Part shown: in pieces, positions 18,976 to 29,212 of the stretch
How the letters are laid out: every line of letters starts with the position of its first letter
Position numbering within the stretch: position 1 is the first letter of the stretch
Source: an uncultured delta proteobacterium
Lineage (GTDB): Bacteria; Desulfobacterota; Binatia; Bin18
Assembly (NCBI GenBank): GCA_963733195.1
Contig: CAVTCR010000008.1
Coordinates: forward strand, 1-64,000
DNA: 64,000 nucleotides
Direction of reading: 5' to 3'
Made by a program: the position numbers and the translations under genes
The notes under the pieces: generated by a model
What the model was told of the DNA's origin: nothing
Databases searched by the model: none
Seen by the model: the letters and a program-made list of their open reading frames with translations, nothing else

Positions 18976-19179
18976 ATGACCGGCACAATTAAGAAGATCT
19001 TAAAAGATAAAGGATTTGGCTTCATTACATCCGATGATGGTGGCGAGGATGTGTTCTTCAATCGTTCACGGCTTGCGCCCAAGCTCTATTTTGAAGATCT
19101 CCGAGAAGGAGATGATGTTGAGTTTCAGGTTCGACCCGGAGAAAAAGGTCCGCAAGCGTTTAACGTCAAAGTGCGCTAA
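18976..19179 (+). CDS. Cold-shock domain protein
   Basis: MTGTIK...KGFGFI...DVFF...GDDVEF...GEKGPQA. Confidence 0.92.
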   Translation: MTGTIKKILKDKGFGFITSDDGGEDVFFNRSRLAPKLYFEDLREGDDVEFQVRPGEKGPQAFNVKVR

Positions 19180-19220
19180 CTAAATCGAACCACACAACAT
19201 TGGTATACTGCTTACCAAAA

Positions 19221-19369
19221 CCGCTCATGCTGAGCGTCGCCCGAAGGGCGAAGTCGAAGCATGGGTAGGCTATGATGCGGTACCCTTCGACTTCGCTCCG
19301 CGTAGCCTGTCCTGCCTGCGCCAGTGCCGCAGGCACAGGTGAGCCTGCCGAAGGGCTCAGGGCGAGCGG
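19221..19369. repeat. Nested REP-like palindromic element
   Basis: CCGCTCATGCTGAGC (19221) pairs with GCTCAGGGCGAGCGG (ends 19369); GCGAAGTCGAAG pairs with CTTCGACTTCGC; internal GCCTGCG...CGCAGGC hairpin. Confidence 0.75.
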
Positions 19370-19426
19370 GAAAATGCTCCACTGTGGATGAGGAAGTGGA
19401 CGAATCTTCTGTGGTTCGATTTAGTT

Positions 19427-19720
19427 TCAAGTCGGGGTGAGACGATCTAACTGCGCGAGTGCCTCAATCGCTCGTGCTTCGTATTTCTCGCGTAACATCT
19501 GGTAATCTTCGTCGGTCAGTTTCCCCATCTGCCGATCGAATTCCGCTTCTTTGATCGCACTATAGGCATCGGCCTTTTGCTTCTCCCAGCGGGCTGCTTC
19601 ACTCTCTTCTGGTTCAGGCTGAAGATCTTGTCCTGCGCTATGAGAGAAGAGTGGGGCAGAGACTGCCAACGCCACAGCGCTGACCAACAACAATCCAAGC
19701 AGGTAGAGCAGAAATGTCAT
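19427..19720 (-). CDS. Small membrane protein resembling the CcmI N-terminal segment
   Basis: TM helix then AYSAIKEAEFDRQMGKLTDEDYQMLREKYE; lies in the ccm cluster. Confidence 0.7.
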   Translation of the reverse strand: MTFLLYLLGLLLVSAVALAVSAPLFSHSAGQDLQPEPEESEAARWEKQKADAYSAIKEAEFDRQMGKLTDEDYQMLREKYEARAIEALAQLDRLTPT

Positions 19721-19738
19721 CGTTTAAAATTTAGAGTC

Positions 19739-20206
19739 CTAGGAATCGAACGTATCTAACTCTTTTTTCAAGCGGTCACGATACTGATCTGTTTGCGGAT
19801 CGACAACCGGCTTTTCTGATGCCCCCTTCTGCGCTCGTTGTCGTGACCAGCGCAGGCTAACAAGGCCAACGGCAATCCCCCCAACGATTAACGCCAGAAA
19901 TGGGGTAATCCACGCTGCCAGATTGAAGCCGACTGTTGTTGGGGCCGACAAGACTTTCTCCCCATACTTTGTGACAAATGATTGGAGAATGACTTCCTTG
20001 GCTGTTCCTTGTCCAACCTGCTCAGCAATGGTTTGCTTTGCAGGTATAGCGAAACTACACTGTAAGTGATTGCAGCTATGGACGGTTAAACCACACGAAC
20101 ATTGGCACGTCAGCGATTCCTCGACTTCAGTGGGGGAGACAGTGGCGTTGGCAAAGGAACAAAGAAGCAGCAGAAGGGCGAGGGAAAAACTAATTGTCCG
20201 TGTCAT
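19739..20206 (-). CDS. ccmH: Cytochrome c biogenesis protein CcmH/NrfF-like
   Basis: Signal peptide, LTCQCSCG...C...C, FVTKYGEKVLSAP, WITP followed by a TM helix. Confidence 0.85.
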   Translation of the reverse strand: MTRTISFSLALLLLLCSFANATVSPTEVEESLTCQCSCGLTVHSCNHLQCSFAIPAKQTIAEQVGQGTAKEVILQSFVTKYGEKVLSAPTTVGFNLAAWITPFLALIVGGIAVGLVSLRWSRQRAQKGASEKPVVDPQTDQYRDRLKKELDTFDS

Positions 20207-20286
20207 AGGCTTCTTTAGTACATAAAACGTGAGACGTAAACAGAGAATAGGGTGGTTATTCTTTACGTATTACGTTTTACGCTCCG

Positions 20287-22287
20287 TTAATCCGTAACCA
20301 TTTCATCCCCACTACGCGCTGGGGTTTGCGCAAGAGCAAAGGCCTGGCGTTCAGCGGGATTCGGCATCATCGTCACGCATGTCCCCAGCACCAAGATAAT
20401 CCCACCAATCCAGATCCAGGAGAGGAGGGGGTTCACAAAAACCTGGAGCGTGGCTAGTTGTGAGGGGGCATCGTAGCTGCCGAGGACAACGTAGAGATCC
20501 TCACGCAACGTCTGTCGCAGTGCAACCTCAGTGGTTGGTTGGTTCTGACGTTTATAGAGACGTTTTTCTGGATGAAGGATATCAATCTGCTGTCCGCCGA
20601 CCGAGACCGCAACTACCGCGGCTTGTATGGAGACATGGTCATCTTCGCTATTCTTAATACCTTCGTACTTAAGGGTATAACGTCCAGCTTCAAGCGTTTC
20701 TCCAGGCTTCAGCGAAATCTGTTTTTCGATCTTGAAGAAAGAGGAGCCAGCGACACCCATGAAGATAAGAACAACACCAATATGGACGATATAGCCCCCA
20801 TAGCGACGGGGATTTTTACTGACTAATCGACCCAATGCTTGAGGGGAACTTTCACGCAAGATCGTTTGTCGTGCTCGTGTACCACGGAAGAACTCGGAGA
20901 AAATCGCCCCTGTGACAAATCCACAGAGGGACAAGATCACGATAGCGTAGTAGTTCCGATAGCCGAGGAGAAAGAACAGCGCTCCAGACAGCACTCCCGC
21001 CACAATTGGGATCGTAAAGTTTCGCTGTAGGCTTTTGGCACTCGCCCGTCGCCAAGCGATCACTGGACCAATGCCGGTAAGAAACAGCAATAGCACGCCA
21101 AGCGGTGCGTTCACTTTATTGAAAAAGGGTGGGCCGACTGTAATCTTCACTCCACGCACCCATTCTGACAATACTGGAAAAATGGTTCCCCAGAACGTCG
21201 CGAATGCTAACCCAACGAAAACCCAATTGTTCAACAGGAAGGCGGCTTCGCGGGAGAGTAGAGAATCGAGTTCGTTCTCGCTCTTCAATTCTGGGAGACG
21301 GTAGAACAAGAGCCCGAAAGAAACAATAAGGACGAGGATGAGGAAGGCCATGAAGTACGGCCCAAGGCCAGACTGTGTGAACGAGTGAACCGACGAGATC
21401 ACCCCACTACGAGTGAGAAACGTGCCAAAAATTGTCAGCGCAAAGGTGAGGATGACAAGGACCATGTTCCACACCTTCAACATGTTCTTTTTCTCTTGGA
21501 TCATGACGGAATGAAGATATGCAGAAGCAGTAAACCACGGCATGATTGCCGCGTTTTCTACTGGGTCCCAGGCCCAATAGCCACCCCAACCTAACACTTC
21601 GTATGCCCAACGTCCGCCAAGAAGATTGCCAATGGACAAGAAGAACCACGAAGTCAGTGCCCAACGTCGTGTGGTGCGAATCCACACATCCCCCAGCTTG
21701 CCTGTAATCAATGCGGCGATCGCAAAAGCGAAAGGAACCGACGCACTGACATAACCGAGATAGAGTGAGGGTGGATGCAACGTCATCCAATAATTCTGTA
21801 ACAACGGGTTAAGATCCGATCCTTCTTTAGGTGTAAACGAGAGTCGTTCAAACGGGGGAGTAATGAAATTGAGCATGCCTAAGAAGAAAAGGGTGACGAC
21901 CATTAACGTAGCTGTTACATAGGGCATCAGCTCGCGGTTCTTGTTGCGATTCTGGACATGAACGATCGTCGAGAAGACAGTGAGAATAAAGGTCCAGAAT
22001 AAGAGCGAACCTTTCTGGCCACCCCAGAGTGCAGCAAAAGTGTATTGCACAGGAAGGGTGGAGCTGGAATAGGAAGAAACGTATTCGACATTAAAGTCGT
22101 GGGTGAGTAACGCGTGGAGCAAGGCAACGACCGCAATCAGTACACAACCGAACACGGCGTATGCGGCGTTAGTTCCACTGGCGATCCACATTTCTCGCCG
22201 CGAGACCGCTCCCCATACGCTCATGCAGATCGAATAGACAGCGAGAACAAAAGCGAGAGCGAGAGCTAAAGTACCAAGATGTGTCAT
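20287..22287 (-). CDS. ccmF: Heme lyase CcmF/NrfE
   Basis: WGGQKGSLL, LNPLLQ...HPP, WAYEVLGWGGYWAWDPVEN, TFLTRSGVISSVHSF. Confidence 0.97.
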   Translation of the reverse strand: MTHLGTLALALAFVLAVYSICMSVWGAVSRREMWIASGTNAAYAVFGCVLIAVVALLHALLTHDFNVEYVSSYSSSTLPVQYTFAALWGGQKGSLLFWTFILTVFSTIVHVQNRNKNRELMPYVTATLMVVTLFFLGMLNFITPPFERLSFTPKEGSDLNPLLQNYWMTLHPPSLYLGYVSASVPFAFAIAALITGKLGDVWIRTTRRWALTSWFFLSIGNLLGGRWAYEVLGWGGYWAWDPVENAAIMPWFTASAYLHSVMIQEKKNMLKVWNMVLVILTFALTIFGTFLTRSGVISSVHSFTQSGLGPYFMAFLILVLIVSFGLLFYRLPELKSENELDSLLSREAAFLLNNWVFVGLAFATFWGTIFPVLSEWVRGVKITVGPPFFNKVNAPLGVLLLFLTGIGPVIAWRRASAKSLQRNFTIPIVAGVLSGALFFLLGYRNYYAIVILSLCGFVTGAIFSEFFRGTRARQTILRESSPQALGRLVSKNPRRYGGYIVHIGVVLIFMGVAGSSFFKIEKQISLKPGETLEAGRYTLKYEGIKNSEDDHVSIQAAVVAVSVGGQQIDILHPEKRLYKRQNQPTTEVALRQTLREDLYVVLGSYDAPSQLATLQVFVNPLLSWIWIGGIILVLGTCVTMMPNPAERQAFALAQTPARSGDEMVTD

Positions 22288-22344
22288 AAGATGGGTGTTG
22301 GGGGTTAGGGATTAGGGGTTAGTTATCTGGGAGGAAAACAGAAG

Positions 22345-22830
22345 TCATAAATGTATCTCTCTGACGTTTGCTTGATCCTTTTCTTGCTTGACCAGTTTCC
22401 CCCAACCCCTAGCCCCCAGCACCATTGACTTTTCCGCTTCATACTTTGACGGACAACTGGTCATGATGGTTTTGGCTTCGAGAATATTCTCGTGGCTATA
22501 ACGACCTTCGACGATGACATCACGCCCTTCAGCGAACATGTCAGGCAAGATGCCTTGATAGCGAACCGGGACCCCCTGGGCAGGCTCCCCTTCCTTGAAA
22601 GAACTCAAGAGAAATTGCAAGCGCAAATCTTTCGGGCTCCAGTCCATTGAACCTGGGCCGACTCGTCCAGCGACACGTACCCCTTCGTTGGTCAGAGATG
22701 TTTTTTTTGTCGCGAATTCTTCAATGGTCAGATAATACAAACTGGTCTCGCGGATGCTGGTATACATCAAGTAGCCCACAGCTCCAACAATAAGTGCGAC
22801 TCCAATAAGGAATTGTGTCTTCTTAGACAT
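22345..22830 (-). CDS. ccmE: Heme chaperone CcmE (CxxxY variant)
   Basis: N-terminal TM, VRVAGRV, YQGILPDMFAEGRDVIVEG, TSCPSKY. Confidence 0.93.
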   Translation of the reverse strand: MSKKTQFLIGVALIVGAVGYLMYTSIRETSLYYLTIEEFATKKTSLTNEGVRVAGRVGPGSMDWSPKDLRLQFLLSSFKEGEPAQGVPVRYQGILPDMFAEGRDVIVEGRYSHENILEAKTIMTSCPSKYEAEKSMVLGARGWGKLVKQEKDQANVREIHL

Positions 22831-23075
22831 AAGCTGAACCACAGGTACTCTATTTCTTTTCCCCTTGCAAGGAAGGGAGGGAGGCTCTACTTCCCTGGTG
22901 TTAAGAAAATGACTTTAGTCACCTGATAAGAAGGAGAAACAAGGGGAATCTCTGGCAGAACAACACCGATAAGCCCGAAATCTCAAGAAGAATCAGTAAA
23001 TTGATTGACTTTCCGCTATCCATTCTATATTTGGGGAAGACCTACAAACACTGTATGAATTGCTAAGTCGGCAGT

Positions 23076-24413
23076 ATGTTCGAATCTCTTGGTGAAAAGC
23101 TTGAGTCCGTGTTCCGTCGCCTTCGTGGTCACGGCAAACTAACGGAAAAAAACATCGAGGAAGCTCTGCGCGAAGTTCGCCTGGCTCTCCTCGAGGCCGA
23201 CGTTAACTTTAAGGTTGTCAAAGATTTCATTGATCGAATCAAGGAGCAAGCACTAGGACAGGACGTGCTTGCAAGTCTCACTCCCGAACAGCAGTTTATA
23301 AAAATTGTTCATGCTGAACTCGTAGCCATTCTTGGCGGGGAACGAACCGAACTAGACCTTGCTGCCGCGCCTCCAGTAGTTCTTATGCTGGTTGGGCTGA
23401 ACGGGTCCGGTAAGACGACGACCTCAGGTAAGCTAGCTCGGTATTTGAAAACCGAGCTGAAACGTTCACCGTATTTGGTTCCAGCAGACACTTATCGTCC
23501 AGCAGCGATCGATCAGTTGCAGATTATTGCCAAAGATATTGGCGTTCCTGTGCATCCGACGCCGCAGGATGGTTCAGCAGGTGATCCGGTTGCTATTGCC
23601 AAAGCTGGGGTTGAAGCAGCTCGTCGTCAGGCATGTGATGTAGTCATTATCGACACGGCTGGGCGGCTACAAATCGACGATGAGCTGATGAGTGAGCTAG
23701 AGCGGATGCAGGCCACGGTCAATCCGCATCAGGTCCTTCTCATTGCGGATGCGATGACCGGTCAAGAAGCCGTCAACGTTGCCACCGGTTTTCATGCACG
23801 CATAGCCCTTGACGGCGTTGTCCTTACCAAGGTAGAGGGAGATGCGCGTGGAGGTGCTGCGCTCTCTCTTCGCTCCGTAACCGGGAAACCAATCTTGTTT
23901 GTCGGAGTTGGTGAGAAACTTGATGCCTTGGAGGCTTTTTATCCGGACCGCGCTGCTTCTCGTATTCTCGGCATGGGCGATATGTTATCGCTCATCGAGA
24001 AGGCAGAAAAAGTCTATGATCAGAAGCAAGCGGAAGTCCTGGAGAAGAAACTACGCAAGAATCAGTTCACTCTAGAGGATTTTCAAGACCAGCTGCGCAT
24101 GCTGAAGAAAATGGGGTCAATGACCGACCTCGTGTCAATGCTTCCTGGTGGGAAGAAGCTCATGCAGGGAGCAGATATGAATGCGGCGGAGAAAGAGTTT
24201 AAGCGTATCGAAGCGATCATCAGTTCAATGACTAAGGAAGAACGGCAAAAGCCAGAAATTCTCAATGGTGGTCGTCGACGACGGATTGCTACTGGCAGCG
24301 GAACTTCCGTGGCTGATGTGAATCGCTTCCTCAAACAATATCTTGATGCCAAAAAGATGATGAGAAAATTTACTCAACTAGGGACAAAAGGAAAGCTTGG
24401 AAAATGGTTCTAG
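23076..24413 (+). CDS. ffh: Signal recognition particle protein Ffh
   Basis: ALLEADVN, GLNGSGKTT, DTAGR, GDARGGAALS, RILGMGD, M-domain. Confidence 0.98.
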   Translation: MFESLGEKLESVFRRLRGHGKLTEKNIEEALREVRLALLEADVNFKVVKDFIDRIKEQALGQDVLASLTPEQQFIKIVHAELVAILGGERTELDLAAAPPVVLMLVGLNGSGKTTTSGKLARYLKTELKRSPYLVPADTYRPAAIDQLQIIAKDIGVPVHPTPQDGSAGDPVAIAKAGVEAARRQACDVVIIDTAGRLQIDDELMSELERMQATVNPHQVLLIADAMTGQEAVNVATGFHARIALDGVVLTKVEGDARGGAALSLRSVTGKPILFVGVGEKLDALEAFYPDRAASRILGMGDMLSLIEKAEKVYDQKQAEVLEKKLRKNQFTLEDFQDQLRMLKKMGSMTDLVSMLPGGKKLMQGADMNAAEKEFKRIEAIISSMTKEERQKPEILNGGRRRRIATGSGTSVADVNRFLKQYLDAKKMMRKFTQLGTKGKLGKWF

Positions 24414-24443
24414 TCTCTAGTAGGAAGAATGGATAACGACAGT

Positions 24444-24692
24444 ATGGTAAAGATTCGACTTGCACGTCATGGGGCGAAGAAAAAGCCCTTTTATCGTATC
24501 GTTGTGGCAGATGAGCGTTCGCCACGCGATGGGCGCTACATTGAACTCATTGGTACTTATGACCCGCTCCAGAATCCGGCAGGGGTGCAAATTAAGAAGG
24601 AGAGGCTCGAGAAGTGGTTACAGAACGGCGCACAACCAACCGACACTGTTGCTCGACTCATTAAAAAGGTGTCGCAAGCAGCAGGCGCCTAA
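24444..24692 (+). CDS. rpsP: 30S ribosomal protein S16
   Basis: [30 protein letters not shown]. Confidence 0.98.
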   Translation: MVKIRLARHGAKKKPFYRIVVADERSPRDGRYIELIGTYDPLQNPAGVQIKKERLEKWLQNGAQPTDTVARLIKKVSQAAGA

Positions 24693-24718
24693 CCTCGAAG
24701 CCGGTGGGGGGGAATGCA

Positions 24719-24955
24719 ATGAAGGAACTCGTACTACACCTAGCCAAAGCCCTCGTGAACCATCCCGAAGAGGTTGAGGTCAAAGAAATTCAAGGCGAAA
24801 CCGCTGCGATTCTTGAACTCCGGGTGGCGAAGGAGGACCTTGGCCGGATCATTGGGAAGCAGGGGCGGACCGCAAAGTCTATACGCACGCTGTTGAATGC
24901 GGTTGCCTCGCGGACCAATCGCAAAATTGTCCTCGAAATCGTCGAAGAAAAGTAA
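24719..24955 (+). CDS. khpA: KH-domain RNA-binding protein (KhpA/YlqC)
   Basis: DLGRIIGKQGRTAKSIRTLL; conserved position between rpsP and rimM. Confidence 0.93.
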   Translation: MKELVLHLAKALVNHPEEVEVKEIQGETAAILELRVAKEDLGRIIGKQGRTAKSIRTLLNAVASRTNRKIVLEIVEEK

Positions 24956-25475
24956 CCCTCCGGACCCAGCTCGGTTAATACCGCTGGGTCGCGTGGTGAA
25001 CACTCATGGCGTGCGTGGAGAGATTCGTCTCCTTCCCTACGCTTTCCCCTGTCAGACTTTAGCTAAAGGGCTGACCGTCTTTCTCTTAGAGAAAGACGAC
25101 GAGATACGTCCATACACTATCGTGGGCATACGCTCACACCGCCCCTTCGTGTTGTTAAAGTTGGAGACAATAGACTCTCTGGAGCTCGCAGAAACTCTGC
25201 GAGAAAAAACCCTGGCAGTGGAAGAGTCCGTCTTACCGCCCGTACAAGATGGGGAGTATTATTATTATCAAGTCATTGGACTTTCTGTGCGCACAACGGC
25301 TGGCCGAGAAATTGGAGTTATCTCCCAAGTTTTTTTCTCTGGCGGGCATGACATCTGGGTTGTCCAAGAGGGAAAAAAAGAATACCTCATTCCAGTAACC
25401 GAAGAGATTGTTCGTGTCATCGACATTCCCGGTGGACACGTAGTGATCGAGCCACTCGATGGGTTACTCGATTAG
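24927..25475 (+). CDS. rimM: 16S rRNA processing protein RimM
   Basis: LGRVVNTHGVRGE, EYYYYQVIGL, EYLIP; start codon uncertain (TTG 24927). Confidence 0.92.
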   Translation: MSSKSSKKSNPPDPARLIPLGRVVNTHGVRGEIRLLPYAFPCQTLAKGLTVFLLEKDDEIRPYTIVGIRSHRPFVLLKLETIDSLELAETLREKTLAVEESVLPPVQDGEYYYYQVIGLSVRTTAGREIGVISQVFFSGGHDIWVVQEGKKEYLIPVTEEIVRVIDIPGGHVVIEPLDGLLD

Positions 25476-25484
25476 ACTCACTCC

Positions 25485-26213
25485 ATGCAATTCCACGTAC
25501 TAACGATTTTCCCGGAGATGTTTGTCTCACCTTTGGCGGCGAGCTTACTCAAGAAAGCCCAAGAGAAGGGGATTCTCTCGTGCATGGTGCATAATCTGCG
25601 CGACTATACCACAGGAAAACATCGGGCCGTTGATGATACGCCATACGGCGGTGGCCAAGGGATGGTCATGAAACCCGAGCCCGTAGTTGCTGCGCTTGAA
25701 GGCGTGTGCCAGTCATTGCCTAATCCGTGGCGCATTTTTCTTTCTCCACAAGGACAAACACTAACCCAAGCAAAAGTGGCCGAACTCGCGCAGCGAGAAA
25801 CCTTAGTGCTTCTGTGTGGCCGCTACGAAGGAGTGGACGAACGCATTCGTCTCTTTATCGATGAGGAGATTTCCATCGGGGATTATATTCTGAGTGGCGG
25901 AGAAATGGCGGCGCTCGTGGTTATCGATGCGGTTGCCCGCCTCATTCCAGGAGTGGTTGGCCGACACGAATCAGTAGAAGACGAGTCGTTTAGTCACGGA
26001 TTGTTAGAATATCCTCACTACACACGGCCGGAAGAATTTCACGGCCTGTTAGTACCGGAGGTGCTGTTGTCAGGGAACCACGCCGATATCGCAGCCTGGC
26101 GGCGTCAGCAATCGTTACTGCGAACACTCCATCAGCGTCCCGACTTACTTGCGAAAGCAGAAGTGACTGAGGAGGAGAGGCGTTGGCTGGCGCAGTTTAA
26201 GACCGAGAAATAA
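25485..26213 (+). CDS. trmD: tRNA (guanine37-N1)-methyltransferase
   Basis: [45 protein letters not shown]. Confidence 0.98.
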   Translation: MQFHVLTIFPEMFVSPLAASLLKKAQEKGILSCMVHNLRDYTTGKHRAVDDTPYGGGQGMVMKPEPVVAALEGVCQSLPNPWRIFLSPQGQTLTQAKVAELAQRETLVLLCGRYEGVDERIRLFIDEEISIGDYILSGGEMAALVVIDAVARLIPGVVGRHESVEDESFSHGLLEYPHYTRPEEFHGLLVPEVLLSGNHADIAAWRRQQSLLRTLHQRPDLLAKAEVTEEERRWLAQFKTEK

Positions 26214-26314
26214 GTAGTTCACGTAATCAGGTAGTCAGTCAGAAAAGCAAGACTTTGACCTTGGACTCTGACTTTGGACTCGGCACTCATCACTCATCAC
26301 TCGTTACTAGAACT

Positions 26315-26875
26315 ATGGCCGACATTTACCTCGCTCTCATTCATTACCCGGTGTATGACCGCGACCACAAAGTGGTGACGACCTCGATCACCAACATGGA
26401 TATCCACGACATTGCGCGGTCGGCTCGGACTTATGGAGTGAAGCGCTATTTTGTCGTGACTCCGACACGTACCTTGCGGCTACTCGCACAAAAGATCCTC
26501 GACCATTGGGAGCACGGCTATGGCAGTACCTACAATGAGACCCGTAAAGATGCTCTGTCTTTGGTGGCCCTCGCAGATGATCTCGATGCAACGGTGAAAC
26601 TGATTCAAGAAGAAACAGGAGAAATGCCGCGCCTGGTTGCTACGTCGGCACGGACAGGAGCACGGCGGATTGCCTTTGCAGAGATACGAGAAAAAGTAGC
26701 AGCCCCAGGTCAACCATTACTTTTCTTGTTCGGAACGGGATGGGGGCTGACTGAAGAGGTACTGGCCCGAGCAGAATATATTCTTGAGCCGATTCAGGGA
26801 TTTACAACCTATAACCATCTCTCAGTGCGTGCGGCAGCAGCGATCCTGCTTGACCGTCTCCGGGGGGAACGGTAA
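26315..26875 (+). CDS. SPOUT-type RNA methyltransferase (TrmD-associated domain, stand-alone)
   Basis: YLALIHYPV, TNMDIHDIARSARTYG, FGTGWGL, YNHLSVRAAAAILLDRL. Confidence 0.88.
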   Translation: MADIYLALIHYPVYDRDHKVVTTSITNMDIHDIARSARTYGVKRYFVVTPTRTLRLLAQKILDHWEHGYGSTYNETRKDALSLVALADDLDATVKLIQEETGEMPRLVATSARTGARRIAFAEIREKVAAPGQPLLFLFGTGWGLTEEVLARAEYILEPIQGFTTYNHLSVRAAAAILLDRLRGER

Positions 26876-27084
26876 GACAGAGCTAGTCATTAGCCTTCAT
26901 CCATCAGAAAGACATAGCGACGAGGACTGAGGCAGAACAGCACTGAGCTTCGAGGATTTGAGAAGGAACAGCGGTAAGTGTTGTGCCGCTCCTCTCTCGT
27001 TCCTCGACCCTCATAGCTCGGAGCTACCAGGCTCAGTCCTTTTTCTTTCTTTATTGTAGGCTAATAGTCTGGAGGAAAATAACA

Positions 27085-27513
27085 ATGAACCCCATTATCG
27101 AGAGCATTGAAAAGGCACAATACCGAACCGGTATCCCCAGTTTTAAGGCTGGAGATACGGTTCGGGTCCACGCTAAGATTATTGAAGGTGATAAAGAACG
27201 AATTCAGGTCTTTGAAGGAGTCGTCATCAGCCGTGCCAATTCTGGGAACCGTGCCTCATTTACGGTACGAAAGATTTCCTACGGAGTTGGGGTCGAGCGT
27301 GTGTTCCCGCTCCATTCCCCACGTATCGACAAGATTGAAGTGACAACCATTGGTCGTGTGCGCCGGGCGAAATTATACTACCTGCGAAGCTTGTCTGGAA
27401 AAGCCGCGCGTATCAAGGGTGAGCGTGTCGTGCCTACGACTGGTACTCCTGCTACTCCTGAAGCTACTGAAATCGCCTCTGCTGAAGCAACTCCAGCAAT
27501 CGTAGAATCGTAA
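27085..27513 (+). CDS. rplS: 50S ribosomal protein L19
   Basis: [47 protein letters not shown]. Confidence 0.98.
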   Translation: MNPIIESIEKAQYRTGIPSFKAGDTVRVHAKIIEGDKERIQVFEGVVISRANSGNRASFTVRKISYGVGVERVFPLHSPRIDKIEVTTIGRVRRAKLYYLRSLSGKAARIKGERVVPTTGTPATPEATEIASAEATPAIVES

Positions 27514-27520
27514 AAATGTC

Positions 27521-27550
27521 AGGGCGGGTTGTCTCCCGCCCTTCTCTCTC
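27521..27550. terminator. Intrinsic terminator hairpin between convergent operons
   Basis: AGGGCGGG-ttgtct-CCCGCCCT followed by a pyrimidine tract, just after the rplS stop. Confidence 0.7.
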
Positions 27551-27564
27551 TTTGTCTCTCCTTT

Positions 27565-28284
27565 TTATCCCTCTGGCCGTCGTTTCCGTTCCCACCACGC
27601 CAATCCAATGATCACCGCAGCGAGTAGCACAAGCGTCGCATGTCCATATGCAGCTGAGGAATACAAAATCAATTCGTCGAGTCGGCCAATCAGGAGCGAC
27701 ATTCGGGCCATCACTGTGTATCCGAAAGCAGCACCGAACGAGATCATCAAAAAATAAATTCCTATTCGGGCTACTCGTCGTACGGCCCCTGTGTGTTCAA
27801 GTGAGAAGAAGAAATAAAAGAGCACACTCACCACGCCAATCAGAATCAATAGAGAATTCAGGTTCGTAAGCGTGAACGTTAAGCCACCCTCTCCAACGGT
27901 GATGAGTGGCTTTATAGTTCCTTGCACCTGTTGAAGAACGAACGACGAAATCTGTCGAGGAATAGCTAAACCGGAACTAATACCTAACAGAAACGCGAAA
28001 GAGATGCGGCTTAACCATGCAATCGGTGGGATGAAGCGTGACAGCATCAACAGGCCGAGAAAGGCGGGTATTACCAACCACCATTTCCCTTGTTGGACCA
28101 TCGGGAGATACAACTTGTTTACCATGACCTGGTAGTAGGTGATTGTCAGTAGGTATCCGATGGAGACTCCGACAAAAATGTGTTCAGCTAATTTGAAGAA
28201 GGGGTTGTCTTTGTAGAGAAAGCTGTAGATGAGGAGACTCAACCCTACTGCGACCCACGCGCCGATCAATGCCTCAGTGCTCAT
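27565..28284 (-). CDS. Uncharacterised polytopic membrane protein (GlmL-associated cluster)
   Basis: About 7 hydrophobic segments; YSFLYKDNPFFKLAEHIFVG, YFFFS, FLMISFGAAFGYTVMARMSLLIGR; ATGA overlap with the upstream gene. Confidence 0.85.
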   Translation of the reverse strand: MSTEALIGAWVAVGLSLLIYSFLYKDNPFFKLAEHIFVGVSIGYLLTITYYQVMVNKLYLPMVQQGKWWLVIPAFLGLLMLSRFIPPIAWLSRISFAFLLGISSGLAIPRQISSFVLQQVQGTIKPLITVGEGGLTFTLTNLNSLLILIGVVSVLFYFFFSLEHTGAVRRVARIGIYFLMISFGAAFGYTVMARMSLLIGRLDELILYSSAAYGHATLVLLAAVIIGLAWWERKRRPEG

Positions 28285-29117
28285 GAACGTCGCGCCTTTG
28301 CCTGGCCGGTAAGAAAATAAGCCGCATTGCAGATGACGATGAGAAAGATAATAAGGAAATGGGTCGCGGATTGAGCGTCCATGCCAGCGATTGCTTTCCC
28401 TTGCTTCCCGAGAAGCAATTCGTACTCTGCTGCCCCACGAAGGCCACCTAACAAGCCGTTAATCTGCCCGGTATCCAATAAGGGATAGAATCGCGGCGCA
28501 CTCACCGCGGTACATCCGCCGCCGAGCTCAAAGCCGTATTTTTCCTTGCCATAGACATACCAGGTCTCGATGCCTGGGAAGCCGACACTCAGACTGATCA
28601 CGTAGGGAATATCTCGCAGTGAGCGGACATTGGCCAGTAACGGAATCTCAGCGATCTTGGTACCAGCATAATCGGTGGGAAAAGCGGCGCGGAAATCTTG
28701 GCCCATACTAATGACGGCATTGGCTTCCCCAGGTGCATAGCCAAGAAAGACATAATCTTGACCGCGCTCCTTGCTATGTTCTCGTGCCACTTGGGTGAGT
28801 GCTGACTCTGCCAAGCCGGCCCCGGCAGGCCATAACGTCACACCTAACACCTTGAGATTTTTCTGGAATGCATGGCGGAGAAGGCCGATGGCCATAGGAT
28901 ACAATTCAGGCTTGCCGCCTGGTTCAAAATCAAACGAGAGCAGGATTAACGTGCCTGCAGGGAGGCTTTCTACGTAATCGTAAATCTTCTTCACTTCTGG
29001 TGAAACGTACACAGGTAAGCCGACTGGGTACAACAATGGCAGAAGCGTCGCCAAGCCGACCAGCAGAAAGATGATCCGGCGGTCGAGGCGAAGAAGACGA
29101 AGTAAGAAGTTGCGCAT
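28281..29117 (-). CDS. Uncharacterised membrane-anchored alpha/beta protein (GlmL-associated cluster)
   Basis: N- and C-terminal TM helices; DYVFLGY, GLLGGLRGAAEYE, MDAQSATH. Confidence 0.85.
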   Translation of the reverse strand: MRNFLLRLLRLDRRIIFLLVGLATLLPLLYPVGLPVYVSPEVKKIYDYVESLPAGTLILLSFDFEPGGKPELYPMAIGLLRHAFQKNLKVLGVTLWPAGAGLAESALTQVAREHSKERGQDYVFLGYAPGEANAVISMGQDFRAAFPTDYAGTKIAEIPLLANVRSLRDIPYVISLSVGFPGIETWYVYGKEKYGFELGGGCTAVSAPRFYPLLDTGQINGLLGGLRGAAEYELLLGKQGKAIAGMDAQSATHFLIIFLIVICNAAYFLTGQAKARRS

Positions 29118-29212
29118 AATAATGAGCTGTCAGCTCTCAGCGAGGAAGTAGTCAGCATTCAGTAGTCAGTAGAAAGAAGACTTTGGACCTTGGACTTTGG
29201 ACTCAGTTTCCA

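Noticed and set aside
25485-26875. Separate trmD and SPOUT methyltransferase genes as a novelty
   Set aside because: This pairing, fused or split, is already familiar in deltaproteobacteria-like and other lineages.
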